Assembly (NCBI GenBank): GCA_016197225.1
Contig: JACPWC010000009.1
Span: forward strand, 357-64,356
Direction: 5' to 3'
Length of the DNA: 64,000 bases
Source of the DNA: Chloroflexota bacterium
GTDB lineage: Bacteria; Chloroflexota; Anaerolineae; Anaerolineales; VGOW01
The notes beneath the pieces are model-generated. The model saw only the letters and a list, made by a program, of their open reading frames with translations, had not been told where the DNA came from and made no database searches. Positions 56,076 through 64,000 of this stretch are shown here, one piece after another (within the stretch, counting starts at the first letter, position 1; each line of letters begins with the position of its first letter). Made by a program: the position numbers and the translations under genes.

Positions 56076-56654
56076 ATGAACAAACTCTGGCTTTTCGGAT
56101 TGAGCCTCGTGGCCGTCTTGCTCATCGCGCTGGGTTCGTTTGCCATTGGCAAGCAACCGGGCACGCCGGCAACGGCCTCAGACACAACCACTGAGATCAA
56201 CTTGAAGAACTACGGCCCCGCGCCCGAACTGAACAACAAAGTGTGGCTGAACACCGACGCGCCTCTGCGCTTGAAAGATTTGCGCGGCAAGGTGGTGCTG
56301 ATTGACTTCTGGACGTTTGGCTGAATTAATTGCCGGAATGTGATTCCCTCGGTGAGGGAATGGCACAACACTTACGGCCCTCAAGGGCTGGTCGTCATCG
56401 GCAACCACTACCCGGAATTTAACTACGAAGCTGATCTCGACAACCTCAAAGAGGCCATCGTCCGGTTGGATGTGCCGTACGCCGTTGCTCAGGACAACGA
56501 CGCCCAAACCTGGTCGGCTTACCGGGTGCGTTACTGGCCGACGCTGGTTCTCATTGACAAGCAGGGCGACATCCGTTACCAACACATCGGCGAAGGCCGC
56601 TACGAGGAGACCGAAGCGGCGATTAAGGCGCTTCTGGCTGAAACATATCCCTGA
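56076..56654 (+). CDS. Membrane-anchored TlpA/DipZ-like thiol-disulfide oxidoreductase with in-frame TGA at the first position of the CxxC motif (candidate Sec-x-x-Cys selenoprotein, or a nonsense pseudogene)
   Basis: ORFs 56076..56324 and 56340..56654 share one frame. Read-through gives LRGKVVLIDFWTFG-TGA-INCRNVIPSVREWH...YWPTLVLIDKQG..., a thioredoxin-fold redoxin pattern. SD AAGGAGAG lies before the ATG. Confidence 0.6.
56340..56366 (+). promoter_or_regulatory. SECIS-like hairpin 15 nt downstream of the in-frame TGA
   Basis: GUG-AUUCCCU-CGGUG-AGGGAAU-(GG bulge)-CAC: a 7-bp upper stem, a 5-nt G/U-containing apical loop, and a 3-bp lower stem. Confidence 0.4.
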
Positions 56655-56677
56655 ACCTGTTAGAGTAAATTAGTGAA

Positions 56678-56716
56678 TAAAAAAAACATCCCCGCCTCGC
56701 CGGGGATGTTTTTTTG
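56678..56716. terminator. Bidirectional rho-independent terminator
   Basis: AAAAAAAA-CATCCCCG-loop-CGGGGATG-TTTTTTT between convergent genes. Confidence 0.8.
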
Positions 56717-56727
56717 TCAGGGGTTCC

Positions 56728-59394
56728 TTACGGAAGAGTCCAGAAATTGCGCACCGCCGACCACTGGCTGATCTGCGTCACGCCGCCGCTGGCGCTCACC
56801 GCCCGAACGCGCCAGTAGTAGTGTGTAAGCGCGGTCAGATCCGTCTCGACGGTGTAAGCCGACAACTGCGTCACCCCACCCCGCCCCCGGCCCAGGATAG
56901 TGCCAAAGTTCGGATCATCAGAAATTTGCACTTCGTAGTGAGTGGCGGCTGGCGATGAGTCGCTCCAGTCCAACGTCGGCTTCCTGGTGGTCACGGTAGC
57001 GCCGTTGGCGGGCAAGAGCAGGGTTGGCACACTTGGCGGGTTGGCGCTGTAGAAGTGCCGGGTGCGCGACCACTGGCCGGTGTTGCCGCTGACATTGCCC
57101 CGCACTCGCCAGTAGAGCAGGGTGTTGCGCGGCAGGTCAATCGTCGGCGTGTAAGCTGAAGCCGAGAGGTTTATATTCACGACCAGCGCCGTGAAGCTGG
57201 AGTTGGTGGCGATCTGGAAGGTGTAAGACGTTGCGCCAGAGATGTTAGCCCAGTCGAACAGCGGGCGGGTGGTGGAGGCGGTGTTGCCGCTGGACGGGAA
57301 GCGCATGGTGGCCGCCGGTAGTTGCGTGAAGGTGGGCGTTGGGCCGGGCGTGTTGGTGGGCGTGTTGCTGGGCGTAAAGGTGGCCGTCGGCGTGTTGGTG
57401 GGAGTGTTGGTCGGTGTATTCGTCGGAGTATTGGTAGGGGTATTCGTGGGCGTGTAGGTCGGCGTATTTGTTGGCGTGGGCGTGTTCGTGGGCGGAACCG
57501 GATACGACGCCACGAAGCTATGCGTGCCCGAGGCTACGGTAACAAATGCCACATTCACGCCTTTGATGGTCTGGGTTCCGAAGGATGTTGAGTTGCCGTC
57601 CACTGTGATCGATTGCAGAACGTTGCCGTTATAACTGAGCGGCAGGATCGTCGTCAGGTTGGCGCCAGGGGCGGCGGTCATGTTGAACGTCAACACACCT
57701 GTGCCGCTGTTGAAGGCCACTTCGGAATACTCGGCGTTGTGACGAGTCTCGGTAAAGGTGAGCCAATTGTCGGCGTTCCAGATTGGAACGTTGTTGGCGG
57801 TGGCGTAGTCCAGCGTGCCTTCTGTCCACGGCTGAGGATTGCCAAAGTTGTAATAATCCACGTGGATCTGAACCATCAGGGCCGCATAGTCTCCGGCGTT
57901 GCTGGCGTCAATCATCCCTTCTGAAACACTCAGCGCCTGCGCGGATGTAAGTTGCTCGCTATCAAAGCCGGCCAGATCGTAAAGATCAAAAAGCTGTTCG
58001 TCCACTAACTGGGTTAATTGCTGGTAGTAATCCAGAATAGTGCCGTCGGCCTTAATGAACTTCATTGGCTGTCCACTGCCGGTAATGTAGCCGTGCGGCC
58101 AGCTATTGTCTGGCTTCTTGAGCCACTGGCCCCAGTGATAAAAATTGGTGTCCATCGCCATGCCGTGCGCCACAGCAATGTCGGCGGCGTCCGTCCAGCC
58201 CTGCCAACTGATTTGATGGGTGCGCACGGTGCGCGACATGGGAATCGGCGGGTCGTAAAAGAGGCCAAAAGCGTTGACCGAGTCGGTGTACCCTTGATTC
58301 AGGGCAGCATACGTCATGGTGCTGGGTGGGTTACGGTAAGGATGCATCCCGAATTCGTGCCCCTGGCTCCGCCACGTTTCCATCACGCTTGTATCAATAA
58401 TGCCGCCGCCGGTGGCCATGTAAAACGTCGCGTCGCCGCCGTGGTTGTTCAGGCTGGTAATCTCAGTCTGATAAAAACTTTCGGGGTTGGCATGAGCATC
58501 CGCCGTTAAGATCAGCATGGTCTTGGCCGAGGCGGGGAAGTACCAGAGTTGCGGGATGGGTTTGACCTGGGCAACCATTTGCTTGACGAGGCGGGCAAAG
58601 AGGCGCTGTTGCTCGTCGGCCTGCGGCACGGGGATGCGGTCTCTGTTTACCCACGAGCCATTGCCGGCAAGTTGGAAAAGGTCAATCGTTCGTAAGACGC
58701 CGTCGCCATCAATATCGCCGTCTACACCCGCCGGGTTGCCCTGGCGGGTATAAACGACATTGCTTGCGAGATCGTAAGTGAAGGCCACGGCCCGCCCGGC
58801 GCTATTGCTGACGACGGCCGGGTAGCTGGTGGCAGTGGAAGCGTCACTGTAGAGGGTGGCGACGGTGATGGACCCGATCAGGGTGTTGTATTTCGTGGCA
58901 TCGCCGTGAATTTGAAGCGTTTGAGTAGAGAGGCCTGCGCCGGGCGCTTCGCCGTTGATGGTGGCTGTGTCACTGATTTTGAGATAGCCATCCGTTAAGT
59001 TTCCGGCGGTTGTGCCGAGATCGAACAAGTTGGCGATGTTAGGATCAGGCCGCAGGGCGAGGAGGCGGCCACCCCCGCTCACGTAGTTGGTGAGGGTCGT
59101 GTCCTGAGCGGAGGTCAGAGTCGTTTCAGCCAGGATCGCCACGTCGTGCTTGTTTAACTCCGTCAGTGTCATTGCGCCGATGGTCAGCACTTCAAATTCG
59201 TTGAGGCCTTCGGCCCGCAGAATTTCGCCCAGGTAGCGTCCGAACTTGTTGGCCGCCGCGTCGTTGACAATGAGAACGATGGGAGCCGGGATGGGAACAG
59301 CCTGGGTGGGGGCCGGCCGCCACAGGTTGAAGAGCAAGACGGCGATGATAGTGACGGCGAACCATTTCCAGAAGAGTGACCGAGAAGGGCGCAT
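56728..59394 (-). CDS. Secreted multidomain protein: N-terminal anchor, about 620-aa enzyme-like region, Pro/Thr linker, shared tandem FN3-like C-terminal module
   Basis: N-terminal hydrophobic anchor, the linker [24 protein letters not shown]..., and a C-terminal about 195 aa paralogous to the next two genes (PLFDWANI...SYTFQI...LYWRVR...[20 protein letters not shown]...YYWRVRA). Confidence 0.7.
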   Translation of the reverse strand: MRPSRSLFWKWFAVTIIAVLLFNLWRPAPTQAVPIPAPIVLIVNDAAANKFGRYLGEILRAEGLNEFEVLTIGAMTLTELNKHDVAILAETTLTSAQDTTLTNYVSGGGRLLALRPDPNIANLFDLGTTAGNLTDGYLKISDTATINGEAPGAGLSTQTLQIHGDATKYNTLIGSITVATLYSDASTATSYPAVVSNSAGRAVAFTYDLASNVVYTRQGNPAGVDGDIDGDGVLRTIDLFQLAGNGSWVNRDRIPVPQADEQQRLFARLVKQMVAQVKPIPQLWYFPASAKTMLILTADAHANPESFYQTEITSLNNHGGDATFYMATGGGIIDTSVMETWRSQGHEFGMHPYRNPPSTMTYAALNQGYTDSVNAFGLFYDPPIPMSRTVRTHQISWQGWTDAADIAVAHGMAMDTNFYHWGQWLKKPDNSWPHGYITGSGQPMKFIKADGTILDYYQQLTQLVDEQLFDLYDLAGFDSEQLTSAQALSVSEGMIDASNAGDYAALMVQIHVDYYNFGNPQPWTEGTLDYATANNVPIWNADNWLTFTETRHNAEYSEVAFNSGTGVLTFNMTAAPGANLTTILPLSYNGNVLQSITVDGNSTSFGTQTIKGVNVAFVTVASGTHSFVASYPVPPTNTPTPTNTPTYTPTNTPTNTPTNTPTNTPTNTPTATFTPSNTPTNTPGPTPTFTQLPAATMRFPSSGNTASTTRPLFDWANISGATSYTFQIATNSSFTALVVNINLSASAYTPTIDLPRNTLLYWRVRGNVSGNTGQWSRTRHFYSANPPSVPTLLLPANGATVTTRKPTLDWSDSSPAATHYEVQISDDPNFGTILGRGRGGVTQLSAYTVETDLTALTHYYWRVRAVSASGGVTQISQWSAVRNFWTLP

Positions 59395-59542
59395 GAGGAT
59401 CGGTTTCCAAACGTGAACTTCTTTGCGGGGTCTTTCACCTCTGCAAAGAAGGGCTTAGACTATCAACTTGAGTTAGTTTATATACGGAGGGGCGTAGCAA
59501 GCTACGCCCCAGGCTGAGTAATGTGATTTTGCGCCAGACCGA

Positions 59543-61384
59543 TCAGGGTGTTCTAAAGCTACTCACTGCCGACCACTGGCTGACCTGCGCCGTGCCCCCA
59601 TTGATATTTACGGCTCGCACCCGCCAGTGGTAGAGCGTGAGCGGGGTCAGATCCGTTTCAACCATGTACGCCGACCGGGGAGTCACCCCACCCTGCCCGC
59701 GCCCCAGAAGAACGCTAAAATTAATGTCTTTGGAAATTTGAACTTCGTAATAGGTGGCGGCCGGGGACGAGTCACCCCAGTCCAGTGTCGGCTTCAGCGA
59801 TGTCGCGTTGGCGTTGTTGGCGGGCGAAATCAGCATCGGCACGCCCGGCGGGTTGGCGCTGTAGAAGTAGCGGGTGCGCGACCAGGCGCCGGGTCTGCCG
59901 CCGGCGTTGCCTCGCACGCGCCAGTACAGAATAGTATTGCGCGGCAGATCGGCGGTCGGGGTGTAAGCCGACACCGAGACGTTTATATTCAACACCAACA
60001 TGGTGAAGCCGGGGTTGGTAGAGAGTTGGAAAGTGTATGAGGTGAGCGACGGGCTGGTGATGTTGGCCCAGTCGAAGAGCGGGCGCGTGTTGGGCGGCGT
60101 GTTGCCGCTGGACGGGAAATTCATGGTGGCCGCCGGTAGTTGCGTGGGCGTGGGCGACGGGCCGGGCGTATTGGTAGGCGTGTTGGTGGGCGTATTAGTT
60201 GCCGTCGGCGTGTTGGTGGGTGGCGACGTGTTGGTAGGTGTGCTGGTCGGCGTGTTTGTTGGGGTGTTAGTGAATGTGCTTGAAGGTGTGTGAGTTGGGG
60301 TTGCGACAACGTCGTTCAACGACACCGAGTCGACGCGGGGTGAGATGGTGGAATCAGTGGTCGAGAGAATCAGTTTGTACTTGAGATAGCGATGCAGTTG
60401 GCCGCCGAAGGAAACGCCGCTCGTGGCATTAGTAAAAGCGCCAAAGGCAAGGCCGTCGTCTGAAGTGCTCACCTGTACGGTAACACCCGTGTTGGCGGGT
60501 TTGTTTTCAACCCAGCTAATTGTGTCCCAAACATTGCCGGTTTGAGCATCCAAAACACAACTAACAAATTCGCCGGTGAGCTTGTAAGTAGGCGTAACCT
60601 GGATGTTGTCTACTTTCAGGTCAACTGTGCTGTTATTAGAAATATAAGCGAGAAAATTCTCCCCATTAACACCGCCATGCAGAACGTTGAAATCAATTTT
60701 ATAAGCACCATCCACGTAAAAAGTAATCACATCATCAGTCGCATCGAATTGCGCCCATTCAATTCGGTAACGATGCGGGCCATCAATTGTGCCTAGCAAG
60801 ACAAACTGCTCAGAGCCGCTATTGTTGGCCCGGGCATATAATTTCCCGTCATTGAGACCTGTTGCCGGGTTCCTGGTGCTGACAATATAGTAGCGGTTGG
60901 TGCCAAAATCGTCGCGGGCAAAGCCAATATGTTGAAAAGCCCCATTGCCAAACTCGGCGGTAAATTCCATGACCGCGTAGGTATATGTTGTGGTTGAGCG
61001 TAAAAATGCTTGATCATTGCCCGCGATGGTCAAAATGCTATTAGCGATACCAGGCGTAGTATATGCCCCGCCTGCCCAAAGCAAAGCATCCCAGTTGGTA
61101 GCATTAAGTGACGAGCCGGGGAAATCATCAGCAAAATTGGCGGCGAGGGTGACGGTGCCGCCTGTGCCGTCGGTGGCATCAATGTCGGTGATGTGAGCGG
61201 TGTTCGTGTCTACGCAACCTGTGAAGTCGGCGCGGGTGGTGTGATTGATCGGGAGGGCCATGAAGGGCCGGGCCACCGGGCGGTGGCCAAAGGCGGCTAA
61301 CACAGGCCGCCAGATGCCTGACATGAGAATGACAATGCTAGTGATGGCAATGAGTTTCCAGGGGGATTTGTAGTTAGTGTGCAT
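59543..61384 (-). CDS. Secreted protein: ConA-like lectin/glucanase-type N-terminal domain, Pro/Thr linker, shared C-terminal module
   Basis: N-terminal anchor. DDFPGSSLNATNWD...RYRIEWAQFDATDDVITFYVDG suggests a LamG/ConA-like fold. Same C-terminal module as its neighbours. Confidence 0.7.
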   Translation of the reverse strand: MHTNYKSPWKLIAITSIVILMSGIWRPVLAAFGHRPVARPFMALPINHTTRADFTGCVDTNTAHITDIDATDGTGGTVTLAANFADDFPGSSLNATNWDALLWAGGAYTTPGIANSILTIAGNDQAFLRSTTTYTYAVMEFTAEFGNGAFQHIGFARDDFGTNRYYIVSTRNPATGLNDGKLYARANNSGSEQFVLLGTIDGPHRYRIEWAQFDATDDVITFYVDGAYKIDFNVLHGGVNGENFLAYISNNSTVDLKVDNIQVTPTYKLTGEFVSCVLDAQTGNVWDTISWVENKPANTGVTVQVSTSDDGLAFGAFTNATSGVSFGGQLHRYLKYKLILSTTDSTISPRVDSVSLNDVVATPTHTPSSTFTNTPTNTPTSTPTNTSPPTNTPTATNTPTNTPTNTPGPSPTPTQLPAATMNFPSSGNTPPNTRPLFDWANITSPSLTSYTFQLSTNPGFTMLVLNINVSVSAYTPTADLPRNTILYWRVRGNAGGRPGAWSRTRYFYSANPPGVPMLISPANNANATSLKPTLDWGDSSPAATYYEVQISKDINFSVLLGRGQGGVTPRSAYMVETDLTPLTLYHWRVRAVNINGGTAQVSQWSAVSSFRTP

Positions 61385-61578
61385 AGCTCTCAGCGTTCGG
61401 CCTCGGAAAGACCAGGAATGTTAGTGGCATGCGGCAACGGAGAATGAACCGTACCACTTTAACAACTGAGAGTCAGGTTAACTCCAAACAGCCAATGATT
61501 AGTAAAAAAAGGGTGAGGAATGGCCTGTCGCTAGCAGAATTCAACCTGATTCTGATAGGAAATAGGTCACTGAAAACG

Positions 61579-61611
61579 AGACCGACGCGGTCTTGAAGAC
61601 CGCGTCGGTCT
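61579..61611 (-). terminator. Rho-independent terminator of the 61646..63970 gene
   Basis: 16-nt perfect palindrome AGACCGACGCGGTCTT/AAGACCGCGTCGGTCT, followed on the minus strand by CTCGTTTTC. Confidence 0.65.
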
Positions 61612-61645
61612 GGCCTGGAAAGAACTTATCTGGAGACTATATCTT

Positions 61646-63970
61646 CTACGGCGATATTTGGAAACTGCGTCCTGCCGACCACTGGCTAAACTGAGTAGAG
61701 CCTCCCCCGCCAGAGGCGGCATCACCGGCAACGGCCCGGACTCGCCAGTAGTAGTTGCCGGGTAATAACGCCGTTTCAACGGCGTAGGCTGACTGGTTGG
61801 CCCGTCCGCCCTGCCCCCGGCCTAGCGCCGTGCCAAAGAGCGGGTCGGTCGAAATCTGCACTTCGTAAAAAGTGGCGGCCGGAACTGAGTCACTCCAGTC
61901 CAGAGTTGGCTTATTGCCTGTCACTTTTGCCCCGGCCGCCGGCGAAAGCAAAGTTGGCACGCCCGGCGGGTTGGCCGAGTAGAAGTATCGCGTCCGCGAC
62001 CAGGCTCCCGGCCCGGCAGAGGCATTGGCCCGCACACGCCAGTAGAGCAAAGTGTTGCGCGGCAAGTCGGCGGTGGGCGTGTAGGCCGAGGCTGAGACAT
62101 TGAGATTTAACAGCAAGGGAGAAAATGCCTGATTGGTTGAAATCTGGAAAGTATAAGAGGTTGCGCCCGCGACGTTGACCCAGTCGAACAGAGGCCGGGT
62201 GGTGGGCGGGGTGTTGCCGCCCTGCGGGAAGTTCATGGTGGGCGCCGGCAGTTGCGATGGGGTGGCCGTCGCCGTGAACGTGGACGTGCGGGTGGCAGTG
62301 GCGGTTGCGGTGTGAGTAGGCGTGAAAGTATTCGTCGCCGTCGGCGTGTTGCTTGGGGTGCTGGTGGCAGTCTTCGTCGGCGTATTGGTGCGAGTGTGAG
62401 TTGGGGTGAAGGTGGCCGTGGCAGTGGCCGTGTTCGTGCGCGTGTTGGTCGGAGTGAAGGTATAAGTGCTGGTTGGAGTGAAGGTGTGAGTGTTGGTCGG
62501 GGTGAAGGTGGCAGTATTCGTCGGCGTGTTAGTGGGCGTAAACGTGCTGGTTGATGTCGCCGTATTAGTAAACGTGGCGGTGTTGGTGGGCGTGTTGGTC
62601 CTGGTTGGCGTGTTACTGGGTGTGCGAGTGTTGGTCGGCGTCGCCGTCGGGCCGCCACTGTCAATGCGGCCATAATAAAGCGTGGGGCTGGTGTACGTCC
62701 CGCCAAAGAATAGGAACTCGATCGCTTCGGGCCGGTTGAAGCCGACCACCGACCACTTGGCCGAAAAGCTGGTGTCGGCGTTGGCCAGGCTGACGATTAA
62801 CTGCGGCGCGGCCCAGGAGCCGTCCCCGTTTTTCTTCCAGAAACAGTTGTCGCCGGTGCCGGTGCAGGCCGAATTGAGCGAGTGGCCGTGCCCCAGCAGG
62901 TGCAGGGCGCTGGTGTCTATGGCGACAACCGGCGCATGGCTGAAATACGACAAGGCCTGATCCGACCAACCGCCGCCTGACTTGGAAGCATAGTAAATGC
63001 GGCCATAAGGGTTCGAGCCTTCAAAGTGTCCCATGTAAGCCAGGTGCCGCGTCCCCGAACTGTCAATCAGCAACGAGGGGCCTTGATCAATGTTGATGCC
63101 GGCGTTGGTGCTCGTCCACGGTTCGCCTACGGTGCTGATGTTTTCGACACTGCCCCACACGCCGGCGCTGGTTCGGGTGCGCGCCATGATCTCACGCGGG
63201 GTGGTGGCCGACGAAACCCAGGCGACGGTGATCGAACTGTCAAGCGGCGAGAGGGCGATGGCCGGATGATTGGGCTGGTGGGTGACGTCGGTGTCCACCT
63301 GAGTCGGCCCTGCCACCAGAGTCAGAGCGTTCGTGCCGGAGTTGTAGGTGTAGGCGCGATGCGAGATGTGAGTGTTGTTGCTTCCATCCTTCGACCAGTG
63401 CGCGATGTGAAGCTTGCCGCCCGGTTCCATCACCGCCGAAACGCCGCTGGTTCCAATATAGTCGCCGACGATCGTTGGCAGGCCGGTGGCAACGGTGATA
63501 ATGGATTTGTAAGCGTGGGCAGAAGTGTCGAACGGGCGATCTTTCAGATCGCCGTTTCGGTTGAGCCACAGGACGTGAATGATGTTGCTGCCGTCGTAGA
63601 CCGTTTCGATGGTGACGATGTTGAAAGAATCGGAGAAGGGCGTGATGGCGGAAAAATTAGCGCCCGAGCTGGGCAGGCCCGCCGAGGGCGTATAGAAGCC
63701 GTTGATCTGCGACGAGTATTGCGCCTGAGCCACAAAGGCATACACTTTATCATTGCTGGCCCGGATGATTTGATGAGGGATGGCGTCCACCAACCCGGCG
63801 CCGATGGAGAAAGAGGTCGAAGCAAGGGCGCTCACCGACTCGTCGGGGGTGGGTGTGGCCCCGGCCTGGGCCGCCGAGATCAAGGAGGAGTAAGCGGGCG
63901 CCAAGCCGGCAAACAGCAAGATGATGATGAATAAATAGAACGGCTTGAAGAATCGTGATTTGCGGGTCAT
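61646..63970 (-). CDS. Secreted protein: beta-propeller/sialidase-like N-terminal region, very long Thr/Pro/Asn linker, shared C-terminal module
   Basis: N-terminal anchor, a repetitive beta-rich region, an about 130-aa TNTPT/TFTPT linker, and the same C-terminal module. Confidence 0.7.
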   Translation of the reverse strand: MTRKSRFFKPFYLFIIILLFAGLAPAYSSLISAAQAGATPTPDESVSALASTSFSIGAGLVDAIPHQIIRASNDKVYAFVAQAQYSSQINGFYTPSAGLPSSGANFSAITPFSDSFNIVTIETVYDGSNIIHVLWLNRNGDLKDRPFDTSAHAYKSIITVATGLPTIVGDYIGTSGVSAVMEPGGKLHIAHWSKDGSNNTHISHRAYTYNSGTNALTLVAGPTQVDTDVTHQPNHPAIALSPLDSSITVAWVSSATTPREIMARTRTSAGVWGSVENISTVGEPWTSTNAGINIDQGPSLLIDSSGTRHLAYMGHFEGSNPYGRIYYASKSGGGWSDQALSYFSHAPVVAIDTSALHLLGHGHSLNSACTGTGDNCFWKKNGDGSWAAPQLIVSLANADTSFSAKWSVVGFNRPEAIEFLFFGGTYTSPTLYYGRIDSGGPTATPTNTRTPSNTPTRTNTPTNTATFTNTATSTSTFTPTNTPTNTATFTPTNTHTFTPTSTYTFTPTNTRTNTATATATFTPTHTRTNTPTKTATSTPSNTPTATNTFTPTHTATATATRTSTFTATATPSQLPAPTMNFPQGGNTPPTTRPLFDWVNVAGATSYTFQISTNQAFSPLLLNLNVSASAYTPTADLPRNTLLYWRVRANASAGPGAWSRTRYFYSANPPGVPTLLSPAAGAKVTGNKPTLDWSDSVPAATFYEVQISTDPLFGTALGRGQGGRANQSAYAVETALLPGNYYWRVRAVAGDAASGGGGSTQFSQWSAGRSFQISP

Positions 63971-64000
63971 GAGAAAAATCGTATTCGACTTCGGTGTAAA

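Noticed and set aside
56340-56654. Treating ORF 56340..56654 (GTG start) as an independent thioredoxin-like gene
   Set aside because: It would lack the signal anchor, the beta1 strand and the first redox residue. It is in frame with the upstream ORF, separated only by TGA plus five codons. It is better explained as one gene (Sec or nonsense).
57335-57500. Short periodic nucleotide repeats at about 57335-57500, about 60150-60300 and about 62250-62650, considered as CRISPR-like or satellite arrays
   Set aside because: They are in-frame and encode (T/N)TPT Pro/Thr linkers of the three secreted proteins. There is no spacer/repeat structure and no cas genes.
56728-62245. Similarity among the three C-terminal modules considered as template/variable repeats of a diversity-generating retroelement
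   Set aside because: No reverse transcriptase or accessory gene is in the window. The differences are not adenine-specific, and the repeats are whole protein domains.

Overview
High-GC, gene-dense chromosomal window of about 60 protein genes. Gene content suggests a Chloroflexota-type (Anaerolineae/Caldilineae-like) genome. That placement is an inference from the alternative mevalonate pathway with isopentenyl phosphate kinase, FxLYD-like and Pro/Thr-linker secreted proteins, a Gram-positive-type LexA box and a distinctive heptanucleotide-repeat hairpin family. Most genes are housekeeping: gyrB (interrupted by a 482-aa HNH-type intein), murA, RNase P RNA, rpsT, an FtsK-motor-only ATPase, several two-component systems, alanine dehydrogenase, a CoA-transferase, ECF sigma/anti-sigma, aspartate racemase, tlyA, UbiA prenyltransferase-mvk-ipk, an LCP protein, a PDZ/radical-SAM-like DUF512 protein, three tandem plsC paralogues, cmk, rluB, scpB, a ROK kinase, a class III aminotransferase, glnA, and three paralogous secreted proteins sharing a C-terminal module. 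I saw no rRNA, tRNA, CRISPR array, transposase or integrase. Best leads: (1) a DipZ/TlpA-like redoxin whose first CxxC cysteine codon is an in-frame TGA followed by a SECIS-like hairpin (candidate selenoprotein, alternatively a pseudogene). (2) At least 14 loci of degenerate 7-8-nt tandem repeats, usually as inverted pairs forming long hairpins. They fill intergenic spacers, build an oversized P12 helix in RNase P RNA and are translated inside ORFs. (3) A GAAC-N4-GTTC LexA-type box inside the promoter of an FtsK motor lacking its membrane domain, paired with a small Pro-rich membrane protein. (4) AT-rich insertions carrying a stand-alone HEPN-like (RNxxxH) gene and a decayed VapC toxin-antitoxin pair. 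(5) A two-component system whose sensor and two neighbouring small proteins all carry Met/Gly-rich (MMGG) motifs. I did not find a clear multi-gene novel defence-type system. All homology calls are by eye from motifs, no searches were run, and coordinates of non-coding elements may be off by a few nt.
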